A program made the translations under genes and the position numbers. 64,000 nt of DNA, taken from assembly GCA_964016885.1 (NCBI GenBank), contig OZ024741.1, positions 87,420,001-87,484,000 on the forward strand, in the 5' to 3' direction. Shown here in pieces: positions 13,697-26,300 of this stretch. Under the pieces are notes generated by a model, which saw only the letters and a list, made by a program, of their open reading frames with translations, did not search any database and had not been told where the DNA came from. Within the stretch, counting starts at the first letter, position 1. Every line of letters starts with the position of its first letter. This DNA comes from Eledone cirrhosa (lineage: Eukaryota).

Positions 13697-15092
13697 GTTC
13701 TTTGAATCTCAGTAATTGATGTTATTTAACTGGAAAGTTTGTTAAAATGAATATCAAGCCGCTACCTGCAGCCTCAGACATTCAGGACGTATCGGAGGGT
13801 TCTTGCTGTTCCCAGCAAGCATGCCTTTTGAAGTGTTCCAAAAAGCGGGGCTGGACTAATCTTCTTTAACCATCCTTGGAAACTCCTTGAGATAGTACCT
13901 AGTGCGCCTATGAAAATCGAGACGACCTTGATTTCATGGCAGTTCTAAATCCTTTTTAAGTCCCACTTTAAGTCCTGGTATCAGTAAATTTTTTCCCTCT
14001 CCTTTTCTTGCACTCTTGTATCAAATGGGCAGGCTACATCTACAATCAGACTCGATCTTTTTTCCTTGGCCAAAACCACCAGGTCAGGCTTATTGTATTC
14101 TAATTTATTGTCCGTCTGTATCCTAAAATACCATAGAACCTTAACCTGATCGTTTTCTATCACCGACTCTGGTTTATGCGCATACCACTTTTCCGAATGT
14201 GGTAAATTGTTTACTTTGCATAGATGCCAGTGGATCACCCTGCCTATCACATCATGTCTCCTGCCTTTATAATGAGTCTGGGATAGGTGTTTACACTCGG
14301 ATACAGTCTCCTCTCTCTCTCCCAGATCCTACACAGTGAGCTAGCCTCCTCCTTGTAAATATGGTGTTTCACCCACTTCGTTTTGAGGGCCTGCTCCTGC
14401 GCAGCCATTAGCATTCCTTCTGTAGCTTTTTTAAGGTCTCCTCTTTTTAACCAGTTTCATATCTATGGATCTCTAAATTCCGTTTTCTAAAGGAAGGTGC
14501 TATGAAAGGATTTTTCATGAAGGTTGCTCTTCCTCCTTGTTGTTATTTCTTCCTTGACATCCCTTGGTCTATTGTCTTCTCCTTCAGTACAATTTTGAGC
14601 ATTGGCTCCCTACTGTCTGTTTTTCTCCATCTGAACACAGTCCTCTATGCTGATAAGACATCTTCCATCTTCAGATCTATTTAAGTAAAGTCTATCGACA
14701 TCACTCCTCTTGTGGAACATGTTGTAGATAGTCAATAGCTTCCTAGTCTTCCTATCCATTTCTTTTTGTTCAGCAACATTCCATTTCAGAATTCCCGCAC
14801 TGTACCTAATAATAGACACAGCTCGGGAATTTACTGCACTTATGACATTCCTACTATTTAGATGTGATTTTAGTATGTTCCTTACTCTCCTTATGTACTC
14901 AGATCTTATCAATTCCTTCATTTGTTTTGTTCTTGATGTCATCTGCCTCCAGAACACTTAAATATTTGTATTCATCTTCAGTGTCAATTTCCTTTATCAT
15001 CTCACATGCTGGTACCTGGATTCCGTTGCTTCTGCTCAATTTACCCTTCTTCATCACTAGGACTCCACACTTATTAATACTAAATTCCATAC
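13697..15092 (-). pseudogene. 5'-truncated R4/Dong-like element (RT thumb, Zn knuckle, RLE, 3'UTR) bounded by (TAA)n
   Basis: ORFs 14899..15090, 14610..14957 and 13981..14250 (KPDLVV...DVACP). (TTA)n lies at 13677-13696 and 15093-15107. Confidence 0.9.
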
Positions 15093-15107
15093 ATTATTAT
15101 TATTATT

Positions 15108-15330
15108 GTTCCTTGAGTCTCAAACATTGATGTTATTTAACTGGAAAGTTTGTTGAAATGAATATCAAGCCGCTACCTGCAGCCTCAGATATTCAGGACG
15201 TATTACTGTTCCCAGCAAGCATGCTTTTTGAAGTGTTCCCAAAAGCGGGGCTGGACTAATCTTCTTTAACCAACCTTGGAAACTCTTTCATATAGTACCT
15301 AGTAAGCCTATGAAAATCGGGACGATCTTT
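15108..15330 (-). mobile_element. Short 3'-end copy of the same R4/Dong-like family
   Basis: Highly similar to 13697-13930, with a small internal deletion; bounded by (TTA)n on both sides. Confidence 0.85.
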
Positions 15331-15346
15331 TATTATTATTATTATT

Positions 15347-17098
15347 ACAGTTGCATTTATCTTGCTTTATGTTCATACGAGTTATCACCAAGTCACAGCC
15401 AGTGACCACAAGAGACAACAAGGTCCGCCATGTTCAAGAAAGAACATATTCACACATGCATCTTTAGTGTTTAGACTTGTGATGTACTTATATTGACAGA
15501 ATCTTCCTTAGTATATGGGCAGTTCCCATTAGTACTATCTTTTGTATTTCTCCTATACGCGGGTTTCCTGAGATTTGCGATAAGTAGTCATTAGACCCCT
15601 TAGGTATCATTCCCAGAGCGCCTACAACCACTGGTATTGTTTTAGTTCTCAATTTCCACATTTTTCCAATTTCTATCTCCAGGTCCTTATACTTGCTCAA
15701 TTTTTCAAATGTTTTTATAGATACATTCTTGTCTATTGGAACAGACATATCAATTAGCAGGCATACCCTCTTTTGAAAGTCCTTCAATATTATATCAGGT
15801 CTATTTGCATCTATTTTTCGGTCTGTTTGGATGCTAAAGTTCCACAAGATTGAGATGTGATCTTTTTCAAGTATGGGAGGTGGTTGATGCTCCCACCAAT
15901 TCTTTTGATGGGGCAGGTCAAAATGCTTACACATTATCCAATGTATGTATTGTGCAACTCTGTCATGCCTGTTTAGGTATTCGGTTGGAGCTATAGGACT
16001 GCACATTGAAATTATATGGTCAATGGTCTCTGGTTGTTTTTTGCATACACGGCATAATGGGCTGCACCCATTTTTTATTATGTTGGCTTGGTAATTTTTT
16101 GTTGGCAGACACTGATCTTGTGCCGATATAATCAGTCCTTCAGTCTCCGATTTCAGTCCAGAGGATGCCAACCACTGATGGGTTAAAGTTTTGTCAACAT
16201 CAGGATTGTTAGCTCGCTCTGGGTATTTTCCATACAGAGGCTTTTCTTGCCATTTCTTAGCCAGTTTCTGTAGCAGTTCTTTCTTTGCAGTTACTTTTAC
16301 CTGCTTTGCTTTTTCTGTGTTTTCCATTTCAGCAGTAAATGGGACTTCTGAAATTTGTAGTCCATTACTGTATCTTTGTGCATCTTTTGTAATGGAATAT
16401 GATCTTTTGATGCTTTCGTGTTTCAAAACGAGTTTGATCATCCAATCATGTGATTCCCTTAGATATGTAGATAATCCAATTGTTGCAGTTTTCAACGCAA
16501 TGTCTAAGTGGATTAACCCACGTCCTCCTTCTTTCCTAGGGAGATATATTCTATCTATATCTGCCTTAGGGTGATGCATTCTGTGCATGGTTAAGAGTTT
16601 TCGAATTTTTGTATCGAGCCTACGGATCTCTGTGCTTGACCAGTTGATGACATTGTAACTGTAGGTTACTACTGGTATGGCAAGCGTGTTTATGGCATCG
16701 ATCCTATTCCTTGCATTCAATTCCGTTCTTAAGATTGCTCTTACTCTGCGGTAACATTCCTTCCTTATCCTTTCCCTCATTGTCGAGTGCTTGATTCCGT
16801 CTCCTTCACAAACACCTAGATATTTGTAAGTTTTTTCTTGATCAAGTTCTCTTATCACGTTCCCCCGATCAAGATTAATGTCTGAACTCTTCAGCAGCTC
16901 TGGTGAACGTTGCTTTGGCGCATTTATCTAGTCCAAACTCCATTTTAATGTCATCACTGAACTGCTTCACAGTGGATAATAGCCCTTGCAATTGTTCATC
17001 ATTTTTTGCAAATAGTTTCAGGTCATCCATGTAGAACAGGTGATTAATGGTTTTGTCATAGACTTTATATCCATGTTTTGTTTCATTGAGCATTTTAC
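15347..17098 (-). mobile_element. 5'-truncated R4/Dong-like non-LTR retrotransposon with long open C-terminal ORF (15488..16858, 456 aa)
   Basis: YMDDLKL, YKYLG, GGRGL, CRVC...ETIDHIISMC zinc knuckle, RHD and RPDIIL...D...K..KY RLE motifs; flanked by (TTA)n at both ends. Confidence 0.92.
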
Positions 17099-17165
<67 letters not shown>

Positions 17166-17166
<1 letters not shown>

Positions 17167-20100
17167 GGCGACCTACGTAGTAAATCGTATTATCGTGAAC
17201 TCCGCAAAATTTTGTTATTTTCAGTTGTTTAAAATTGCCATTTATGGAAAATTTTTATTGTTAACTGTATATAAGTGCACATACATTGTTTTCTAAAAAG
17301 GACACTCAAAAAGATTGGGGTCTTGAGCCCAAAATTTAAACTTTTATAATTATTTTTAAAAAAATATTTCTTTGAAAAATCATGGCCGACTCACAGCTGA
17401 ACCCAGTAGCTGAGAGCCTTCCTCACAAACTAACACCTCACACCGACACCACCATTGTAACTATTACTACGTTTGCCAACACTAAAAATATAAGCAGTAG
17501 CAATATTTTAAATTTGTCTCAGGCAGACATTCATTTCCCGCCATTACCAATGACTGCAGATGTTAAAGCCGCCACCCCACCACCACCACCACCACAGCGA
17601 CAACAGAAACAAAAGAAAAAAATAAATTAACTCGTGATATCGAAATGAATTCAACCAAAATGAACTCTTCCACACCGAACACCACTGACGCGACCACCAC
17701 CACAACTGAAACTAAAATTAACAATAACAAAAATAACGATAACAACAACAGCAACAATGAAATTAAGAAAACCACCCTGCATTTTGCCAGAGTAGCAAAA
17801 CAGTGCGAAGCATTCCAGGTAACTCAGGAGGAATTAAAAGAAGCCAAAAAAATGGTAAAGAAAGATGGGTACAGGGTCAGCCCCCCACCCCCACCCCCAC
17901 CTAATAAAATGGAGCATCGGCGCCTATGCACCGTGTCTTATCGGACGATTAACATAAAATCGCGCCGAGTGAAACGGGCATCCGAGTCCCAAATCCAAAA
18001 AGCTTTGGGACATGTGTGGGCAAAAAACCCCACATCAGACGTGGGCAGAAATATGGAACCGTGGACGTTTTCTTTGAAACACCACAGGAGGCCAGAGAAC
18101 ACTCCATGGCCCCATTAAGAAGTGACGACTTCACACTCCTCCCAAGCTATTGTGGCCAGAGACTCGTGAAGATCAGGGTGACCCACGTTCCACCGGCCAT
18201 CGAAATTCCCTGGCTAATAGCTGCCGTCCTCGCTGGCATCGAAGCCAACACCAAGATAATCGAAATAGCGAAAGAAAAGCAGGAGAACTGGTCCGGATCT
18301 GGGATGGAGCTCCTGATCCAAGCGGACCAAAAAAGCATTGAGGAGATCCCAGAGGTAATAGACCTCACTGACGGCAGCCACCTCACCGTAATCGTCGAGG
18401 GCAGAAGGCCTAGGTGTGTCGTTTGTGGTGAAGGAACCAACCTAAGGGCTTTCTGCCCTCAGGCTAAAAGGTTGAGGCCACCTCTCTTACCCACCCCAGT
18501 GACTCAACCATCAACACCACCAGCAGCAGAGATGGCAGCAACAACTGTAGCAGCAACAACAGAAGCAACTGTAACAGCAACAACCCCAGCAACAGTAGCA
18601 AAACCAACACCACCACCACCCAACGCGCCAGAACTAGCACCAGCGCCTACACCATCCACCACGCCACAACCAAAACCAATGCCTGTGGAGGATTTTCCAC
18701 TCCAATGCCTGGAGACAGATTGTGACGAGGAGTGGGAAACGCTATCAGGAAAAAAGAAAAAAAGAAAAAAAATCCCCCCCCCCCCCAAAAAAAAAATACA
18801 GAGTGAAACAAATAAACTATCAAACAAAAAAGTTAGGACAGATATGCCACCATCCGCACCAGCATCACCAACCCCATCACCACAAACACCAACACCATCA
18901 CCATCATTAATCCCAACACCACCATCACCAACAACACAAAAGTCACCCAGAAGGTAAGTTGGTGGTGCTGGACGTGACCAGCGGAGACGGGCAAGCTTTC
19001 AGGCGGCTAGTGGCCGTCTATGCCCCGACAGGAGCAGGGCGGCCTGATTTCTTCCGGCGTCTGGAGACCTTTCTTGGAACGTCCCGCTCTTTAGTGTTAG
19101 TGGGCGACTGGAACGGGATCTTAGATGCACGCTGGGACTGTGTGGGATTAGCGGATAGGGGAGGAGGGTGCAAGAGCCTCACCAACCTGCTCAGGCGTTT
19201 TCAACTGTCTGACAGGTACCGATTGGATTTCCCGAATGTGCCAATGTGGACTTGGACAAATCGCATAGGGTCATCCAGATCATATCTAGATAGAGTATTT
19301 TGTAGGGAAATAGATAGGTCTAGCATAGGCTGTCCACAATTCAAGATAGTCAGCTACACGGACCACAAATTCGTGATATGTGTGCTTGACTTAGATAGGC
19401 TTCATAGACGAGGACCATAAACGCGTCCTTACCAGCGCGCAAGGACTACAGAGACCGGATTAGCGAACTAGTTAAACGGGCGTTGACGGGGGCCATCGTC
19501 AAAAACAAGTGGTGGTTTGCTCTGAAAAGAGCGATTAGAATAGAGTCCATTAGGTTTAGTAAGGTTTTAGCAATAGAGAAAAATAGAGCAGAGGGAGAAC
19601 TAGTTAGAAAATTAGACGAGGCGCTTAGCAAAGGCATCGCGACCGACGTACTTGCGGCGAAATTGGCCCTTGACCAATTCTTCAATGCAAAGCACGAAGG
19701 CTGCGTTGTCAGAGCTACGGTGCGTGCTCTCAGACACGAGGGGACGAAAGCCGTTCAATGGGCCCGAGTGGCGGAGTCGCGTCGTGGAAACAAAGCCACG
19801 ATCCGGTCTTTGGTGGACCACGACGGGCGCATGCTACTCGAGCCCGGGCAAATGTGTGAAGCTTTTCAGCGACACTTCGCACAGCTGTTCGGCGGCAGCG
19901 GCGGGCCGGATCGAGGGATGGACTTTAGTGTCTACCTCGACGGACTGCTGCGGCTCTCGGCCACTGAGGCGGAGTGTTGCGAAAAGCCGATAACAGCCGC
20001 TGAAGTACGGGAGGCAATGACTGGCTGCACAAGGGGTAAATCGCCTGGTTTGGATGGTCTGCCCTATGAACTTTACGTACAGATGCCAGACTTGTTCGGA

Positions 20101-23100
20101 GGCCTCTTGTCGGACGTCTACTGCAACTGGCAATAGAACGGGTGAATTCCCAGCTTTGTGAGCCGAGGAGTTGTGGCGCTGCTGAGAAAGGATCTGAACA
20201 AGGGGGATAACATAGATAATTTCACGCCCATAACTCTGCTAAACACAGGGTTCAAGATTTTGGCCAAGGTGCTAGCAAAGAGGTTGGACCAGGCTACGGC
20301 CTCCCTGAGTTCTAGGAAGGTAAAGACGATCCACATCTGCGTTTGGGTGGTGCATCCTATTACAGGTCAGTAGCTTACGGACTTTGATTTCACTCATATT
20401 CCAGTTCAACACACCGAAGCTATAAGTGACAACTGGGACTGCCAAGGAATTTATGGCTAGCACCTTGTTACGAGCGTTTAATTCTGTTCTCAGAACTGCA
20501 CATACTCTCCTGTGACATTCTTTCCTTATCCTCTCTTTCATACTTGCATGATGTATGCCAGAGCCTTCATTAATCCCTAAGTATTTATAGGTTTATTCCT
20601 GCTCAAGTTCCTTTATGATTGTTTCAGCATCCAATTCAACTGAGTCTGAGTTGACAAGCTTCCCCTTCTTGAAAGTGGCTTTTGCACACTTGTCAAGTCC
20701 AAACTCCATCCTGATATCAGCGCTAAACGTTTTTACTGTCCCGAAAAGGCCTTCCAGTTCGTCATTATCTTTGCAATATAGCTTCAAATCATCCATATAA
20801 AATAGGTGGCTTATTTTTTGTTATCAATTCTATAACAGTACCCTGTTCTATTAAGCTCGGATGTAAGGGGTATTAAAGCTATGCAGCAAAGCAAAGGTGA
20901 AAGTGAGTCACCCTGTAATTTACCACAGTTGATGTTTATATTCCTAGAGCACAGTACCCCAGTGGAATGAGACAATTGGAGATTTGTGTTCCATAATGAC
21001 ATATTGTGCTTCAGGAAGTTTGAGATCACAGGTGAGATTTTGAAGATGTCCAGTGATTTCTGAATCCATGAGTGTGGTATGCTGTCAAAGGCTATTTTTA
21101 TAAGCGATCCATGCAGAACTGAGATTTCTGTGTTTATTATGACAGTTCTCAAGGATCATACGATTAATCAAAAGTTGATCTTTGCAACCATATGAATCTC
21201 GTCGGCACCCTTTTTGTTTAATGGGGGAAAAGATTGTTCTCCTCCAAAAACACGTATGCTTTTTCCATGAGAATAGAGGTTAATAGTTTATAAGTGGTGG
21301 ACAAGCCGATAGTTTTTTGGATCTTTGGTTTCGTTGTTTTTGGTAGAAGGTAGGTAATGCCACTTGCTATCCAATCAGGTGTATTTTTTGGATCTTTCAT
21401 AATTCCATTAAACAGCTTGACCAATATATTGTGAGTGCACGGGAGTGAGGAAAGCACTCAATAAATCTCACAAATGGAAATCTCCTGGTAGAGACAGCTC
21501 TACCAGGAGATTTCCATTTGTGAGATTTATTGAGTGCTGTCCGCTATATAGATGTCTTCCCACGCATGTTCTTCTAAATTTGTGTAGGATTTTTCCAGGT
21601 GACTAATCCAATCTACATTAGTATTATATGTCTTCTCATCACTCCAAATCTTACTCCAGAAGTTTTCAACTTCTTCTATGGGCGGGAGGTCTTCAATAAT
21701 TATTTTTTCTTCCCTACTTCTCTATAAAATGACTTGGCATTGGATGAGAACAACTTATTTTGCCTGTAGAAGTTGTTTCGCTTCTCGAATCTACGAATTC
21801 GTTGGGCTTTTACTTGAACTTTTTGTTTCAGAGATTCTTTTGTTGAAACTATTGCTTCTCTAGAAGACAGTCCATATTTTCTCTTTAGCTTTCTTACCTT
21901 CTTGGATTTTATATCATTTCCAGCAGTTAACTCACTCAATAAAGATATTTCTCCTCTCATTACGTCAATCTCCTTTTCTATTCTACTCCTCCAAACTGGT
22001 TTACCTCGAAGGTTCGACTTTTTTTGTATTTTTGGTGGTAAACAACTTGTTTCAATTACTCTAGAAGATGCATAAATGATTTCATTTAACTCAGTAAGAT
22101 CAGGTTCTAGTTCTTCTATGATTTCTTTTGTCACAGAATTACCAATCATTATTTGTTTTCTATTTTGGATTGTATTTGGGAGTTTTTGAAGTGGTTCTCT
22201 ATCATTTATACTAGAATGTCTTACTACTGCAAGCTCATTCAGTATGTGTTGCTTTAATTCCTTCATAGTCTCCCTGTGTTCTTCAGCAGATGTTTGGTTT
22301 TCAATTACTGTTTCTAAGTCCCTCTCCTGGCTATTTTCAGCGGGTTCAATAGGGCTTCTCATTTCTACAAACATATTTGTGATTTGGTCGGATGGAGGTC
22401 TTTCAGTAGAAGATTCTTCAGTTCTTTCATCATTTATATTTATGTCATTCTCCACAGCCTGCTTGATCGCAGTTAGTTCAGTGTCTGTGAGTCTATTATT
22501 TCTGAAGATATACCTCCTTACATTTGCCAACTTATTTCCATCCATATCACATCTGTTGGTCTGGCAGTACTACCGGGGAGCGCTGCCGGTTCGAGATAAA
22601 CTCTACAGGCAGGGAAGTGCCGTCAGCCGAGCCTGTCCGAGATGCGCGCAGAGCGACGAAAGCGTCGTGCACGCACTCGTTCAGTGCCCGAGCATTGCTG
22701 ACTTGTGGAGCTATGTCAAACAGTTGCTGTCGCGTGTAGGACTGATCCGGTTATCGACTGAGTCCATTGTGCAGATGGTCTCGCCGTCTTCCTTCGAGGA
22801 GGAAGGGCAGGCGGTTTTCATCTGCCTGGTGGCCATGGCGAAAGAGATTGTGGTGGACAAGGTTGAAAGGGTTAAAGACAGACACTTTCCTCTTCGGCGA
22901 ATCCCTAATTAACTTTTTCAAGTTTCACTTGAAGAGGAAAATCAGGGTGGAGAGGCAACTGCTGCCTTCTAGCTAGTTTGTTGAAAGGTGGGTGAATGTA
23001 GCGAGAATGGTCCGAGTGAACCACTCTGAATATACGTCTGTAGTTTGAGAAATGGAAAAATTGAGAGAGGGCGCTTGCCCTGGTGGTCAGGGTGGCCGTG

Positions 23101-23346
23101 GTCTTTTGTGTGGTTTTCGCCACGAGTAACCCTCAGAGGTTTCCCCCTTATTGGGGAATTTTTCATTGTTTCAATTTTCATTTTTATTGTTTATGTATCT
23201 TTCTATGTCTTTTTTTCTTTTCTTATATAAATAATAAAAATATTTACAAAACCCACATCGTACAAAACCCACATCGTACCGTTCTGTACCGTCCTGTACC
23301 GTCTGTAATGTTTTTTTGATGTCAGCCCATGTGGCCAATAAAGAAA

Positions 23347-23350
<4 letters not shown>
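17166..23350 (+). mobile_element. Tx1/L1-clade LINE copy 1 (ORF1, partial APE, RT N-terminus, C-terminal Zn finger, 3'UTR); RT core replaced by a Dong-like fragment
   Basis: ORF1 pieces 17382-18957 with degenerate CCHC (CVVCGEGTNLRAFC); APE motifs VYAP, GDWN, SYLDR, TDH; KSPGLDGLP; CPRC...ESVVHALVQC. Ends aataaagaaatc(att)n and begins right after (TTA)n. Confidence 0.9.
20288..22548 (-). pseudogene. R4/Dong-like fragment (N-terminus to RT thumb) nested inside Tx1 copy 1
   Basis: ORFs 21700..22545, 21218..21457, 20811..21152, 20593..20796 and 20272..20541 (QGDSLSPL, MDDLKLY, RMHHP..DVDRLY). Confidence 0.9.
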
Positions 23351-23381
<31 letters not shown>

Positions 23382-26300
23382 GAGTCTGAACGGTCTTTTT
23401 GCTCGCTCCCGTAAGTTCACTTATTTACCTATCAAAACTGATTTATTGAATTGTTGTTGTTGTGTAAGGCATACAAGCCCTTGGACTTTGCCCTGTGAAG
23501 GGGAAAGAACAATATTTGGTCCTTTTGGCCCAAATATTTGAACTTTTTTTACATTTTAAAAAATTATCGAGAAAAAAACAAAAAAACATGGCTGAGCCAC
23601 GCCCCCAACGATGTGTCTGCTGTCGTGCAACAACGACGTACAAGTTGAGAGGAGCGCTACAGCGAAATTAACACAAATTGATAACACAAACACCACCACA
23701 AACAATGTAAACAAAGACACCAATGATAACACTGAGAACTCTAATTTTGAAAAAAATAACTGTAACAGCGACAACGAAAATACAGATAACAAAAACAAAA
23801 TGACAAATACAACAACAATATCAACACCACTAACATGAAAACAAATAGCGACAGCACCAACAGTAACAATATCAACTGCACCGAGAACAACGGTGGCAAC
23901 AAAGACAACAATGATAACAGCGACAGTGATAACAACAACACCAACAAGAACAACGACAACGACAACACCCCCAACGAAAACAAGAATACTTTCGCTGCGG
24001 CAGCATAAAAAAAGAGGCCATGCTTCAACATGGACCTCTCAAACAAAGATGAAAAGTTGGCCCAGGCCTGGAAGCTCATCAAGCAAGAGCAAACCTGGGC
24101 CAACTTAACTGTCTCGGTAGAAGCTACTGAGGCAGTGGAGCGCAGAACGGTGCATTATAGATACATCTCAGCACAAACCAAAAGGGCAGCTTTAATCCCA
24201 CAAGCAGATGTCGAAGTCGCGCTGAGGTGCATCATAGAAGACACCGAATACATAGAGAGGGGCAGACAATACGGCACCATTTCGGTGCTGTTCAAGTCAG
24301 AAGCCCTCGCTATGAAACACGCTATGACTCCTTGCAAAACCAGCAAGGTCATAATGTACCCCTCCCACATGGGAAAAAGAACGGCCCGTCTCCGCATTCC
24401 CAGAATCCCACCAGGACTTGACATGTGGTGGCTTCTGGAATGTATAATTGTGGAGGGGACGGATACCGTCCCGATAGAAGTGACCCAAACGGCCAGAGAG
24501 GACTGGTCCGAGGTTGACCTGGAGATCCTTCTCCAGATCAGTCCCGAGAATGTGAAGACAATCCCGGACCACATCCGCCTTCAGAATTGGACGGTCATTC
24601 ATATTATGACTGAAGTAAAAGGCCGCATTGTTTTGTTTGTGGGGAAAAAACCCATTTGCGAGCCTTCTGCCCTCAACTGCTGAAAGATGCAAGGGGTCAA
24701 AAGGCTCCACTGCTGCCGGCGCCGGGGCGAGGACCACAACCAACACCAGCACGGCAAAAGCATCAACAACAACACCAATAGAAAGACCATCACCAACATT
24801 GACCACCCAGGGGGGAAACGAGGAAAGCTGTCAAATTCCCCCTCCCTCCCCCCAAAATACACACACCAATAAAACCATAAACACACACACAAACACACTT
24901 ACAGACAGACCCCTCATCTACCAGTAGTGAAGATGAGGGAAAACCAAAATCCCCCAAAATACAAAAAAGGAAACACAAAAAGAAAAAAAAACTCAACAAA
25001 GCACAAAATCATCCACAATAAAAAAAAACGCAAACATCTCTCCAATAACACCAACATCAACACCACCATCACCATCACCAGAATCCCCCAAACGCAAACC
25101 TAAACAGACGCAAGAACAAATATACACACAAACATCTGAAACCACAGACACCGCACTCACAACAAACACAGACACAACCGAAAGAACACCACCAAAACCA
25201 TCACCACCACAACCATGCAAACAAATTAAATCACACCAACAAAACATACAAAACTTCGTGCTCGTCAGGAGGGCCAACAAGGAACTGATGGCCCTCGTAG
25301 CACGAAGTGAAAATATACAAAAAGAGGGGGAAATTTTAAATCGAGCACATTTCGCGTGCCGGAAGATTTGGTTCTGGTGCGAATGTCGATCGATTTATAC
25401 AAAGAAATACGAGACAGCTTTCCTCGGGACGTGGGAACCCCGAACGTAAAACCCACTTCAAGACTTTTAAAGGGGTTCCCCCCAAAAAACTCACCAACTA
25501 TGGAGGTCGAACAAGCCGACCTTCACAAGAGCCCGGAAGGTAAGTAAACCTTTCCTCTCTCTCTTTTTAACCTGCCAACATGGCCGTATTAAGAGTAGGT
25601 TGTTTAAATGTTCGAGGCCTGGGATCGTCCTGGAAGCAGGGTCACCTGCTCAACGACCTTAGGTCTCTAGAAATGGATGTAATTGCCGCCAGCGAGACCA
25701 GGATTTCCGACACGCGTGCACTAGCCCCAATTTTCGACGACTATCAGATCTTTGCATCAGTTAGCCGGCCGGGAATGGGAGGCGGGGTGGAAGTGCTGTT
25801 TAGGAAAGGCCTGGATCTCGAGGTAAGGTCGATCTTCTGGGACCCGGACGGGAAGTTGGTGGTCCTGGACGTGAACAATAACGAAGGTGGTGCCTTTAGA
25901 CTGGTGGCCGTCTATGCTCCTCCTGGGGCAGGACGGCCGGACTTCTTTAGACGCCTGGAAGCCTTTCTGGGTACGTCTCGCCCTTTACTGATAGCGGGGG
26001 ACTGGAACGGCATCTTGACGCATGCTGGGACTGTGTGGGAGTATCCGATGGGAGCGGGGGGTGCAAAAGCCTCAAGAACCTAATCAGCCAGTGACAACTG
26101 TCTGACAGGTACCGACTAGATTTCCCTAATGCGCCAGTGTGGACCTAGACTAACCGCAAAGGGTCATCTAGATCGTATATAGACAGGATATTCGTTAGGA
26201 AAATAAACAGAAATAGTGTAAGCTGTCCACGTTTTGAAACGGTCGCCTATTCAGATCACAAGTTTGTGATCTGTATGGTCGACCTAGATAAGACGCGTAG

